A stretch of 63,626 nt of DNA, filler included, from Rhabdomonas costata (Eukaryota): NCBI GenBank assembly GCA_019059605.1. It is 44 parts of 44 records of this genome, joined end to end, with 100 filler letters (N's around TTAATTAATTAA, not from the genome) between each part and the next. Parts side by side here need not be neighbours in the genome. Positions count along the whole stretch, not along the records: positions 34,768 to 36,115 come from JAHMHO010018604.1; positions 36,216 to 37,564 come from JAHMHO010018605.1; positions 37,665 to 39,012 come from JAHMHO010018606.1; positions 39,113 to 40,458 come from JAHMHO010018607.1; positions 40,559 to 41,906 come from JAHMHO010018608.1; positions 42,007 to 43,354 come from JAHMHO010018609.1; positions 43,455 to 44,802 come from JAHMHO010018610.1; positions 44,903 to 46,250 come from JAHMHO010018611.1; 36 more parts are not named here. One strand, given 5' to 3'. Shown here in pieces: positions 36,086 through 48,448 of the stretch (positions within the stretch are counted from its first letter, which is position 1; every line of letters starts with the position of its first letter). Both the position numbers and the translations under genes were made by a program. The notes beneath the pieces are model-generated. The model worked only from the letters and a program-made list of their open reading frames with translations. It ran no database searches and had not been told where the DNA came from.

Positions 36086-37664
36086 TATACACCCACACCC
36101 AACCACACCCAACACNNNNNNNNNNNNNNNNNNNNNNNNNNNNNNNNNNNNNNNNNNNNTTAATTAATTAANNNNNNNNNNNNNNNNNNNNNNNNNNNNN
36201 NNNNNNNNNNNNNNNGGGGGTTTTTGCCTTGTTAGTGATGCTGGGCAACGCGCCCTATTCGAACTACAATAGGATGTATGCCGCCACCGTGACGACCAGC
36301 GCGAGTGGGAGCACTGTCGGAACAGGTGCACGTCTCCCCTTTTCAGTGGAGCTCGGCATGGCTGTAACAACTCAATCCTGGTTTGTTATTTTCAATAACC
36401 AGTCAGGGAAACTGTCTTTTGTACGCTCAACTTGGCATTATTGTTTTTTGTTGCAAAACTTCCGTTTTCATGCATGAAAGGAACCACGGGCACGAATTTG
36501 CAGCGAAAAGCCTGAAAGGCAGCGTTCACAGGGTTTCTATCTTTCACATTTAGGCCGGCAGGGGTGCGTGCATGTGTGTGTATTGTTTGAGAATTCCAAG
36601 ATATAGAACGGAAGGGTTCGGATGTTGCAACGTATGGGCGGACGGCTGCAGCGGGGGTCCTGCGAAGGTATCGGGGCGAGGCCCATGGGTGCACGCGTCG
36701 TGCATGGTGTCAGGGAGGCTGGTTGCGAAAGGTGACCGCACGTCGTTAACCTCTGGTTTCCCTTATCCTGGGAGAGCAAAGCCAGTTTTTATACAGCCAT
36801 GGATCTTGCAGTAATGGTGAACCAATCAGCTCATGCCGCTGTCGTTGCTGAGAAGGGCCACCTTCGAGCGAACAGCTGCGTCACGTGGGTCTGTTCTGAA
36901 AGCACCCCAGGCGAAAGCCGCCCATTTATGTGTGTGCGCTGTGTCGAGATGGGCTCAAGGTGGGTTGGCTTTTCCAACACAAGTAGAAAAGGTTCAACTG
37001 CAAACATATAGCATATCTTGGATCACGATCACGATCATTGTGACTTCCGTCCGCTCCAACTTGCCGGTCAACTGCCGTCCAAGTGGGAAAAATGTTCCCC
37101 AGTGCGCCGAAGGCACGGGTTTTGTGGGGGTGATTCCGTGTAGGTGCGTGAACCGCGCCTGCATTCGTTGCAGGCTGTGAACTTGAAGACGTTGGTCCAT
37201 TTGTGGTCTTTTTCTGCGGAAAGGACCAGAGCAGAGTGTTATACGGAAAGGCAAAGTTGCCGGTTCAACCTCGCCCATCCCGAATGCCCCCTACTATTTT
37301 GAATATTTGTTCTGTAGGTATTACAAACAAGCTTCCTGGGAGGCAAGCTTTACTGTGTTGTAAACTCTCTTGCCTGCCCACTTCCTGCTATTTGCTATTT
37401 TTTTTGTGTTATTCAGTCATGTGTGACACTCCCGCCCCGGCCCACGGGACTGCGTCGAACTGCAACTCCTACTCCCAGAGCTCTGGGACCGCGACGAAGT
37501 GCTCCTTCTTTTCAAGTGGGGTACACGGGGGGAGTGTCACACATGACTGAATAACACAAAAAACNNNNNNNNNNNNNNNNNNNNNNNNNNNNNNNNNNNN
37601 NNNNNNNNTTAATTAATTAANNNNNNNNNNNNNNNNNNNNNNNNNNNNNNNNNNNNNNNNNNNN

Positions 37665-37740
37665 GTGTCGTGTCGTGTCGTGTCGTGTCGTGTCGTGTCG
37701 TGTCGTGTCGTGTCGTGTCGTGTCGTGTCGTGTCGTGTCG
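37665..37740. repeat. (GTGTC)n pentanucleotide microsatellite
   Basis: About 15 perfect units at the contig start. Confidence 0.97.
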
Positions 37741-39636
37741 ATTGCGAGTGACACTTAAACGCGGTATTATGAATCTCCCCCTCCCTCACACCCCGTGGTG
37801 GATCTGCTGATTTTATGTCTTTTAGATCATGTAGCGGTCTCGCAGGCCCGCACACCTCCTATACACACCTCCGCCTCCGCCTTCTCCTCGATCGGTCTGC
37901 AAAGAGTAAAGCTTCAGATGCACTTACTGGTTGGGGTGGGGTGACTTTTATTGACTGGAGCTGTATCATTGCTGACGGTAGGGTGACTCCAAAATGCAAC
38001 CTCCGCGACCTGTGGTTATTTATTTCTGCTTCCCGTGTTTCACTGTGCTTCGCAGCCGAAGCTATTCGAGGACGACGCTTCGCGGTGGTTTGTTGGGCAG
38101 CAGGTCGCGGACACCTGGGTGGACTACCCGTGGGATGCTGTTGATCCTGAGAAGTATTACCAGGGGCAGTGAGACCTTTTGCGTCTGTCTTCTGTGAAGG
38201 GGAAGTTTCTTACACGGCAAGATGCAGCTCGTGCTGCTGTATTGTTGTTGTACATTAAGTATTTGGGGCGATTCCCTGGGAGGCTGCGGCTGCCTACCCA
38301 TTGGGCCCATCCAGCCATTGTTGGGGGTACCTGGGCAAATTTTCTGCTCTGATGGAATGGATTGGCCGTGCGAGATTTTTGCCAATGCTCCGACGACGTC
38401 TTTGCAGGCTTACAGTGAGGTAGGAGACCTTATGGCCAGGGGCCGACATCTGCGGAAAATTTGCAGCAGATCTTATGGTTTTCGGCAATTGCACGATTTG
38501 CTTGCGTTTTGCACCTCGGACAGGGGGAAAGCGTCCAGTTATAACAGTTGAACGAATCTTTACAGTCTCACAGGAATTGGAGGGAAGCCGTTTGCTGGTG
38601 GGATATGTTTGACTGCCCGTTTCACACCACCGGACAAGACAAACTGCCACAACACCACGCCCAGCTCCACTGTATTCCATCCTGCAGTATCGTGGTTTGC
38701 TGGTTTTTAGTTTTGTTTTTCTCCGTCCTCTGATTCGTTTCCTTCCTTTTCCGCGATTTCTCCCCTGAGCTTGGTGAATGGATGAGGCCCACTCGGACAT
38801 CGAGACACCTTCCTTTCAAAAGGACATTGTGCATCCCAAGAAGCGTATGCTTTTGCGGAACGTTTTTCAAGGTCTTTCCTCTCACGTGTCCTTCTTTTGA
38901 TCGACCAGGTGCCAGCAACAGGACACGGCTTTGCCTGCCTTTAAACAGAGGGATTCTTCCCTTTTTGCCACTGCATGCAAATGTACCCCTGAAATGTGTC
39001 CCCACCACCCCCNNNNNNNNNNNNNNNNNNNNNNNNNNNNNNNNNNNNNNNNNNNNTTAATTAATTAANNNNNNNNNNNNNNNNNNNNNNNNNNNNNNNN
39101 NNNNNNNNNNNNGGGGTTTTGTAGTTTTCTTCTTCTAGTCTTTCTGTGCCGAAAAGAAGAGGGAAGCTGGCACCAGCATTTCCAGCCCCGGCTCCATGGG
39201 GGCCCGAGCATCATCGCCTTGTCGAAAATCCGATAATCTTTACTCTGAATTCTAGTGTGCGAGCGAGGTTGTATAAACACCTGCACACTCGTCCTTCCAT
39301 GGGGTATCGATCTTTTGCTGTGCTAATTTATACCCCTGGGATATCCTGATAAACAAGATCTTGATCCCAGCGGACACGTGCATCGCAACCTTTCCCCCGG
39401 CGAATATCATATTAAAATTTCAGTGGTTGATTGGTGCGCAATGTGTGAAAGCACGTACATGTGTCGGGAGGTTTCACAAGTTGTGTAGGTTTCTTGTTTT
39501 GTTGTTCCCCTCAATGTTATTGAAGAAACTTGCGGTTGTGACGTTCTTTTTCCCAAGGTATTTTTTTTTAGCTATTTGCGTTTCTCACTTCCTAGATCTC
39601 CTTTTTTCTGATGTTATTGTGGTTGTATTCCGGGTT

Positions 39637-39808
39637 GCGGTTGATTTCCAGACCAAGAGTGACAGGGTTGCATTGCTTTCTTTTCTTTTCTTTTCTTTTC
39701 TTTTGGCCAGCGGTCCGCGATGTTTCGGCGGTTGATTTCCAGACCAAGAGTGACAGGGTTGCGTTGCTTTCTTTTCTTTTCTTTTGGCCAGCGGTCCGCG
39801 ATGTTTCG
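39637..39808 (+). repeat. Tandem duplication (91 + 81 bp) covering a polypyrimidine tract and splice acceptor
   Basis: GCGGTTGATTTCCAGACCAAGAGTGACAGGGTTGC...(CTTTT)n-GGCCAGCGGTCCGCGATGTTTCG occurs twice. The copies differ by one substitution and two CTTTT units. Confidence 0.95.
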
Positions 39809-39882
39809 GACTCCTCGAAGATCGTTCTGCTGTGGTTGTTGGTGTTGCTGGTGCTCCCCATCGCAGCGGCGATTGTTCTGAA
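39792..39882 (+). CDS. Putative transmembrane-helix exon
   Basis: VRDVSDSSKIVLLWLLVLLVLPIAAAIVL between a pyrimidine-tract CAG and a consensus GTAAGT donor. Confidence 0.55.
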
Positions 39883-40754
39883 GTAAGTGCACGCCTGCCG
39901 TCATGCTTGCCACCGCGTCCATACTAAGAATTGAGCGAAGTGTTGCCTTTGCTTCTAGACAGCTCCTGGCTCACGTCATCATGGTCCATTTTCTCAGTTC
40001 GGTCAAGCTCAACCATTCTTGGTTGACCTTTTCCGTGTTTTGGGCGCGAGGTCGAAATAACATGTTATTCCCTGCTCCGATCCCGTACCCGTGCTTGTTT
40101 TGTAGCAGACCATTGCATTTAAGCATGAGTGGGAGGAAGTGGGATCTCCCCCCCTTTCTGGACTGGGGACTTCGTGCCGTCTGTGGCTTGGTAACTGGTT
40201 ACTGGCACCTCGGATTATAGAAGTATGCTAAGAGAATTTGGAGTTGGTGGGGTGGGGGGGCTGCAATGGAGTGCGACTCCCCATCTTGTTGCATTATGCT
40301 CGCCGGTTACGTCTTCCAGAAGCTCTGATCTTTTTTCCGTCCTTCCTTCCCGCCAGTTTGAAACAGATCCCTCACGACGATAGTCCAGCGCACAGAGTGT
40401 TCAGCTTTCTCAAAAAAGGCAATGCGATTAAATTTTTCACAACACAAAAACACAAACCNNNNNNNNNNNNNNNNNNNNNNNNNNNNNNNNNNNNNNNNNN
40501 NNTTAATTAATTAANNNNNNNNNNNNNNNNNNNNNNNNNNNNNNNNNNNNNNNNNNNNACGGTTAAAACGAACAGGAAGCGGGGATGGAGGGGGGGAAGG
40601 GATAGATTTTGTGAGAAAAGGGAGGAGAGCTGAAGGAATTTCAGAGGAGCAGAGAGCAGCTCAGGCACAGAGGTAGCTGGGGTGGTGGTAAAGCTGAGGC
40701 ACTGATACTGTGAGGGGTGGGGTCATGAGTATGAGAAGAGAGGATCAAAAATAC

Positions 40755-41666
40755 CTTGTCCAGGATGAAAGGCAACCCCATCTGTCGCAGCTTGGGCACA
40801 GCGGCCTCGCACTCCGCGCTCACGTCGCGTAGTTCCTTCAGAAGGGCCTCTGTCATCTTGTCCCGCTCCTCGTCCAGCGACCACTGCTTCGCGCTGCGCA
40901 GCAATGCCTACGCACAGAGCCACCACAACAAATGCACATGCACACACGACGGCGACCCCTTTCCCCTGCATTCGCACTAGACGATTCCGTTTCCTTTCCA
41001 TATATGCACAAAAACACCACAGACCCGACCCGAGGGCGGGAGAAAACGTCAACGCGGCTACGAATGCGAATAACCATGCAACGTCTCACGTCTTCCTGAA
41101 TCAACGGGTTAAAGACGGTGCAAGCACGCTATGTGTAGCACACTCGTATTTGCACCACACCATACTATCAGCTGATCATTCACGGCGTGGAGGTGAAGTG
41201 TCCAGTCCGGCTAAGGGCACAGCAGCACGGGTACAAAGAACAGAAAAGAGTAAGAGATTATGGGAGGAGAATCCTGGGGGGGGGGCGGACATGTTATGCA
41301 AAACAGCACGACTAACGCAGACCTCTTCGACTGCCTGCCTCTGCTGGTGACTCCACCACTTCGTCTGCCAACCTGAGCAATACACGAAGAAGGAAACTGC
41401 CAGTGCTCACCCCAGAGCGAAATGCGCCGCATATCCAAATTGCACCAAAACAACATCACAGGTCAGAATATATGGGTGCAAAAACCTTTCTTCACCCCGT
41501 CCCAGATGCTATCTGAGGCCGGGTTGGGCTCCAGCTCGGAAAGCTTCTCGGACTTCTGGGCCTCCTCAAAGAGAGCCTCAAGAGTGCCGTAGGACTCCTC
41601 CACCGTCTCCAGCCGCGCTCGCGCGGTCTGGGTCATCTCAGCCATCTCCGAAAGAGCCACGGAGGC
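40755..41666 (-). CDS. Helical/coiled-coil protein of unknown family, two exons (41666-41496; 40907-40755)
   Basis: Two phase-0 GC3-rich exons of 57 and 51 codons with AG/GT boundaries. Confidence 0.6.
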
Positions 41667-43454
41667 CTTTAAAAAAAGACGAAGCGCTGGAGGCATGTTT
41701 TGACCGGCGTACAAAAGAAAAAACAGCGGACAAAGCAGCACTTTTGCAGGCAATTGATTCAGTGGATCAAAGAGCCGAGCATAGTATGGAAAATGAAAGT
41801 CAGGGACCCAGCTATGCTCGCGACTACACTGAAAGGCAACGGAGAAAAAGAAACCCTATTAAAGCCTTCATTAAGGCGACGAATTAAGAAAGAGAGCACA
41901 AAACACNNNNNNNNNNNNNNNNNNNNNNNNNNNNNNNNNNNNNNNNNNNNTTAATTAATTAANNNNNNNNNNNNNNNNNNNNNNNNNNNNNNNNNNNNNN
42001 NNNNNNGGTGGGTGGGGGGGCAGCACACGGTGACAGTGGAGGCGCTCCGGTTGACCCGAATAAGCTGCGGGGTTTTGGTGAGGTGAGACTACTACGACTT
42101 TGCTTCATGTGCAGGTTTGTGGTTTCACTGACGATGCTTCGTATTGCGGTTTGAGGCGTTTGCTGGAGGGAAAGTGAAGGGCTGAAACCGCAACCACCGC
42201 AACACAGAGAAAGAAAGTTCGAAAGAAGCTCCGCTGGTCACTCTGGGTGTGGTGGGATCCTTTCCTACATCTCAGGAATTGCGAGGTGGATATGGACAAT
42301 GTTTACGGTTTCAGTCGTGCTGCTGCAGCGCAGGTTTTGCGAACAATTCAGCATGACTTTTCGACGTGCCCTCGATTTTGAGTATCTCCTGTATCTTCAG
42401 GCAATCTGGTTCTGTATTGCGGTAGTTTGAAGCGCCAACCACCAGAAAACCAGAAAATAAAACAGAGACGGAAACAATGTCCTCAGGGGTGGGAACCCAA
42501 AACAACAAAGAAGACCACAATGGAGTTTAAACCGCCTGAATCGCCTGGCCTAGTGCAGCACCCTAAACAGTTTTCGCTGCGGGGCAGCAATCTTCTTCAC
42601 AACCAAACGGTGACATGTACACTTCACTGTTCTGTTTAATTAAAACCCCGCAAAGGAAAAAAAAAGAGAATCCTCCTGAGAGACTAATGTAGTGATGGGA
42701 CAGTGTAATTGTGTGAGAGTGTGGAGCTGTACAAGAGAGGGCCATACATCTTCCGTGTCGCAGCTGCAGGGAACTTTGTACACGGAGCGCTTGGAGCGGA
42801 GGTGCTTGGGAATGGGAAGGATCTGCAACCCCAACAAAAAGAGACATCACCTCCTCATCCGCGGAGGTGACGCATAAAAGTGCTAGGTACGTTTGCATCC
42901 CATGGAAAAGCAGCCTAAAAAACATCTGTCCCAGCGACCAAGTGATGGATGAAGCCCCGGAGCAAGCTTTTTATCAGTCTTTTCTGTCGGCTGAAATCAT
43001 TCAGCAGGTGTGTGTGTGTGTGAAGACTGCCACGCAAACGAAGGCTGCACACCCGACCACCCATCATCTGTATCGGTCGCTCCAGTGAATGCCCTTCCAA
43101 AGGTATTCAAACAATTCCAACCCTTCACCCTGCGCCCCTCGCACAGCCGGTAGCATCCATGTATGTATGCACAGCAGGGAAATGTTGAAAACGCTCGGTG
43201 GGACGGTAGCGCAAAAAAAAATGCCCTGCAAAAACACGAGGAATAGTACCACAGGGTTTTTGTGGGCGGGTGGGGAGGGGGCAGTTGCGCCAACACACCC
43301 CGGAGGTCATAATGGCCCGTATCGCGGTCGGGTCCAGACTGGACGTGTCCTGTGNNNNNNNNNNNNNNNNNNNNNNNNNNNNNNNNNNNNNNNNNNNNTT
43401 AATTAATTAANNNNNNNNNNNNNNNNNNNNNNNNNNNNNNNNNNNNNNNNNNNN

Positions 43455-43888
43455 CAAGAAGCCCGTGGTGTCCTTCATTGCTGGAGTCACTGCGCCCCCT
43501 GGCCGCCGGATGGGTGTGCGAAGCACACAGTGGACTAGTTGTCGTTTCAAACGGGCGACCAAACCCAAATGCCTTCCTGTGCTGAGGAGGGAGGGCGCGT
43601 ATTGGAACTGAGTTTCACCCTGGGAGGGACACCGAGTAATAAACGGCTGTTTTCACACACCCACACAGACACACACACAGGCACATTTTGACGGCATTGG
43701 TTTGAGAAGAACTGCGCGTCTTCGGCTTCTGTGACGCAGGACATGCTGGAGCCGTGATCTCGGGAGGCAAGGGTGACGCCAAGTCCAAGATGTCTGCGCT
43801 CACCGCGGCAGGGTGCACCATCAGCAAGTCTCCATCCATGCTGGGGACAACGATGCTGCAGGTCATGAAGCAGGCGGGGCTCCACTAG
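43455..43888 (+). CDS. SUCLG1: Succinyl-CoA ligase alpha subunit, last two exons (43455-43513; 43740-43888)
   Basis: [36 protein letters not shown]...SPSMLG contains the phospho-His motif GRRMGHAGA. TAG stop at 43886-43888. Confidence 0.96.
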
Positions 43889-46516
43889 TCAGGGGTGTAC
43901 TGTTTACCTGATATTGCTTTTTCATGCAGCACAATGATTTGCAATGTTGTAGTTGTACGGGGAAGCGGGCGAACGGTGGGGTCGGGGTGCTGTTGCAGTA
44001 CTTGTGATGAGGGTGGTTTTGTACGGAGGGAAAACCCGCTTGCTTTTCTCATGGCAATTCTGTTTGCCATCCATTCGATTGCTGCTGGGATATGTTTCTG
44101 TTCCTTGTGACAAGCAAGTTTCGACGCGAGAACATGGGTTCGAAGATTCGAGCCTTTCTACCTTTTGGAGGGGAAGTGCAATGGTAGTCTTGGTGGACAA
44201 GAATGGACCGTTGGAAGCCGTGCTGCGCAGTTCAGTTTGGGCGAAATGGGCTGTCTTCTGTAAACTTGTGTGATAGGCGCTGTAGCCTCAGGTAACGAGC
44301 AAAACGACCACTGTGGACCATCCTGTTTCGATGGAACGGGGCAATAGTAGGCTAAAAACTAAATCGGGTAAGTACGCTTTTTTCGGCACCCCCGACCTCT
44401 GAAAACATCAAGCTGGGTCGATTTCCTGTGCATCGATTTTTTCACCCGGAAAACCCCCTTTTTCGACCCTTGAAAACGCCTGTAAGTGCTCAAAAGGGCC
44501 ATGTGAAAAGCAAAAAGTGGGCTAAAAACCGCAGCAACCGACCTCAAAAACGCCTTAAATCGGGAAAATCCGGAAAACTAGTTCTAACCAGTCCGGTTCT
44601 GACAAGTTTTTCCGGAGTAAACTCCCAGTGGTGGAGGGTGTCGCGAGCCGGCCTGGTTCAGCCCATTGCCCCCCTTGAGTTGGACCAGGGCTAATGGCAG
44701 CTGGGTGCCCGTTGCCCGCGTTGACGTCGGTCTACTTCTTCTGGACAAGCGGCATGATAATTACGGCGAGGGCATCAGAAGGAAGAGCCGGACCACAACC
44801 CCNNNNNNNNNNNNNNNNNNNNNNNNNNNNNNNNNNNNNNNNNNNNTTAATTAATTAANNNNNNNNNNNNNNNNNNNNNNNNNNNNNNNNNNNNNNNNNN
44901 NNTGTGGGGGCGCGGCGGCAGGGCCACATCGCAGTAGATGAACTGCTGCGGCAGAGGGTGTCCCCGAAGTCGCATCCGAAGCACTAGTTGGTTTGTCCTG
45001 CGTTTGGATTACAGGTGCTTTTTTTATTGTTTCGTTCGTTTGGAAGGTTGTGGTTCTTATAGCATTTACCCGGAACCATGTTGGCTGTGGGAAGGGGGCT
45101 GTGCAAGGGTGGCTCAATTGGGTCATTTAAGGTACCTCTATATAGCTGCATTGCCTACAGGCTTTCTATGGGCATACTCAATAGGTGTACAGCGTATATG
45201 GGCCTATGACCTCTTGGCTACATGTAGGAAAACGAAGTGAGGTACAAACGTAGTATAAAGTATAGGGAAGAGTATGTACGGCCAACGGGAAAAGTCTGTG
45301 TGACTGTCTGTACGTGTCTGTCTGTGGAAATTTTGAGCTGCGCTTTTTTTTCGCTAAGTAGTCAACGTTTCCACTGACCCAGGGCTCATGGGGCTACGGG
45401 AATATGCAACAAAGACGATCTCCGCCCGACTGTCCCTCCGCCCATCCGCTGAATACTCTGGGGTGTAGAACCGCGCCCCACTTTAACACCACCGCCATCA
45501 TCGTTTGTGTCGCCTTGTCCATCAAAATTGGGAAAGTCATGCAGAGATAAGTGGGAGTTCATATGCACACGCGTATGACACGGGTCATCTTAAAAGTGAG
45601 GGTTACCGCTGAAAAGATAATTCTCCGAAACGTGCCACCAGATCTGATCGGCGAGATTTAATGACACTCACAAGGTTCAAGGTGGTTTTAATGTTTGAAA
45701 AAGGCTGAAAAATTCCTGAAACACCATGTGAAGTCGCATGCCATGAGAGAAAACCATGTCATCATGTCGCCTTTCAGTGCGCCATTGGGTGGATACTTGT
45801 AACCACGCTGTACAAATGCAAGAATTCAACAGAAATTCCGCAGCAGTGCGTTGCACTCGGAAGTATCGCTTGTAGGTAAACACGGCTCCTTTAGAGTACC
45901 TGAGGTAGTGCGGGCAATATATCGGGAGACAGGCCACGAGCGAGCCAGGGACGCACTGCAGGCTTTAGACTCCCAAGGAAGGCAGTGAAGGCACAGAGGT
46001 GGTGAGCCATCCCCACCCTTCCGATCGTGGATTTGTGGTCAAGGGCTCGGAAGGTGGGCAAGATCGCCGTAGCCAGCGTGGCAACACTTGGGCAACACTT
46101 GCCTAATTCCCCCCTTACCGTGACCGCGTTTACTGGTTCGCCTCCCTCAAGCCCCTGGCAATTCACTGGCTTCAACCGCCCACCAATTCATGTCCTCGTT
46201 CAGGTCGGCATGGAGTGGAAACCTCTGCGGACGGCACTTCCCCCCCCACCNNNNNNNNNNNNNNNNNNNNNNNNNNNNNNNNNNNNNNNNNNNNTTAATT
46301 AATTAANNNNNNNNNNNNNNNNNNNNNNNNNNNNNNNNNNNNNNNNNNNNTAAGCGTAGGATGGGTGTGAGAGGCGAATGATTATCTGCCTAACCTCTTA
46401 GCACCGGGGAGAATATCATCTCCTTCCTTCTCTCTTGCAGACGGCTTTTTCCATTGCTCGGGAACTGCTTTCCTGCATGGCTGTGGGGCTTCAGTAGTCT
46501 GATCAGATGCCCTGGT

Positions 46517-46870
46517 ATGGGAAGCTCTTGCAGCGTGGTTGCTGAGGTGCCTCCCGGTACGGCCGACGCTGCCTCATCCCAACCCACGGTGACCGCGCAA
46601 CCCTTGAATGACTCGGCCTCGCCGCAAGGCAGCCCAAACGGTGCTATGGTTGTGGTCAGGACAGACATCGCGCCCGACGCGGACGCCCCGCCGGAGGAGG
46701 AGTGGTGTGAGTTTCCTGAGGACGGCGCTGGGGAAGGGGGCGAGCTGCGGCCCGGGAGCAGGAAGGCTGTGCGGCTTACACCAAGGCAGCCCATCGACGT
46801 CCCTGAGGTGGTGGGCGTCGAGGCAGCTCTTCGAGTGGCCTTGGAGGAGGAGTACCTGGACTGGCTTCAG
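46517..46870 (+). CDS. First coding exon of an unknown protein with an N-terminal MGSSCS dual-acylation-like motif
   Basis: ATG at 46517 gives MGSSCS (MGxxxS plus Cys). Open frame to a CAG|GTAT donor. Pyrimidine tract and CAG upstream at 46440. Confidence 0.55.
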
Positions 46871-48171
46871 GTATCTTCTCCGTCAACTCAGTCAGCCCAA
46901 CGATTCGAAACTTCCTTCATCTCCCTTGTCTCTCCAAATAAAATTACCGGATCGGCGCAAAATTGGCTCGATCTGGATGCTGAATACAGCTCCTTGTCGC
47001 AAACATTTGCTTCGTGGCGTTCGCCCTCACACAAATGCATTCACACACCTTCCTTTGTTCTTTTCTTCTTCCCTTTGTTTTTTTGTTTCCCGGTGCACGC
47101 CACACCGCTCTAGTGTGTTTACCCCTCGAGCTCCCACCCGATGTGCCCGTACCCACTCTAGTCCCCCACTCTAGTCTTCCTCCCACCGCAGCCACCGTCT
47201 CAATCCCAACTCTTCAACTCCTAAAGTGCACCAGTGCTCTTCACTGCCAACAGCTCCACCTTTCTACCGCACTCCTGGACATCTAAGTTAATTCGCAAAC
47301 CCTCCGGCAACCGCGCAAAATATTTCGGCAATTCAATGGAATCTGGAGCCGCCACAGCCAGAACCAACATTGCAGTGACACAGCAGAACGAATGAACAAC
47401 AACCGAACAAATCGCAAGCCTTCCTAGTAACTTTGAGGGCACTAAAGACAGCTCACCTTGACAGTTGGAGCACACAGTGTGCGCAGCTACAAAAAACTTA
47501 GCCCAACGAAGGAGCACCTCAGCCTTTTCTTCACACGGAAGAGCGCTTCAACATCTACACAGTCCAGTGCAGCCAGCAGGTCTTTGTGGCACCATGGACG
47601 CATCACCAAGCGGCTCTCTCAAATTTAATATCCAAAAATCAATTCCTGTACCACACCCTCGTAACCTCGCTCCCGCCCCTATTCCCCTCACACCACACNN
47701 NNNNNNNNNNNNNNNNNNNNNNNNNNNNNNNNNNNNNNNNNNTTAATTAATTAANNNNNNNNNNNNNNNNNNNNNNNNNNNNNNNNNNNNNNNNNNNNGG
47801 GGTTGGGTTTAAAATATAACAATTGACTGTCACCTGTTATATTTTAAACCCAATCATACCCCTTCCCATTTCGCTTTAGCTGAAAAGCGAACAGGACATT
47901 CACCACATTTTGCACTGTCCAAGGAATTTGCATTTTCACTGAAACTTTTGGTCAAAAAGAATGCTTAAACTACAATCCCTGGGCGAGACAGTGAGGGTTG
48001 ACACTCCACCCATGACTGGTCACTGCCAGCCTCATGGCGTAATAAAAAGACAGAGACCTTGTAGGTTACTCGGCAAAAAAAAAAGGGAGGAAGACGACTA
48101 AACGAAGAGAAGTACAGCGAAAGGCGAAGGAGAGAAAAAAGCGAAGAATGCCAGCATCGAAATGACCGCAC

Positions 48172-48448
48172 CTTCTTCAGCCGAGCGTTGCTCCGAGCCA
48201 TCTGCAGCTTGTCCTGGTGCCGAAAAACAAGCTCCTTCCAGAACGCCACAGTGTCCTCCGCACCCACAGCCGCCTGGTACACCTCCGGGGCCTCCTTGCG
48301 GGCAAAGAACCTCAGCTTGTCCATGCTCACGCTGCCCTGGTGGGGGTTCACCTGAGGGTCCTGCAGCAGCCGCACCACAACCTCCACCAGGGCGTCCTCT
48401 GCGGAAAGGGGGGAGGCATCCGGCGGCATGCCCTGCGCGTAGTAATCT
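48172..48448 (-). CDS. Putative exon, unknown protein
   Basis: GC3-rich DYYAQGMPPDASPLSAEDALVEVVVRLLQDP...WKELVFRHQDKL...RLKK between TTTTGCAG and GTGCGG. Confidence 0.6.
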
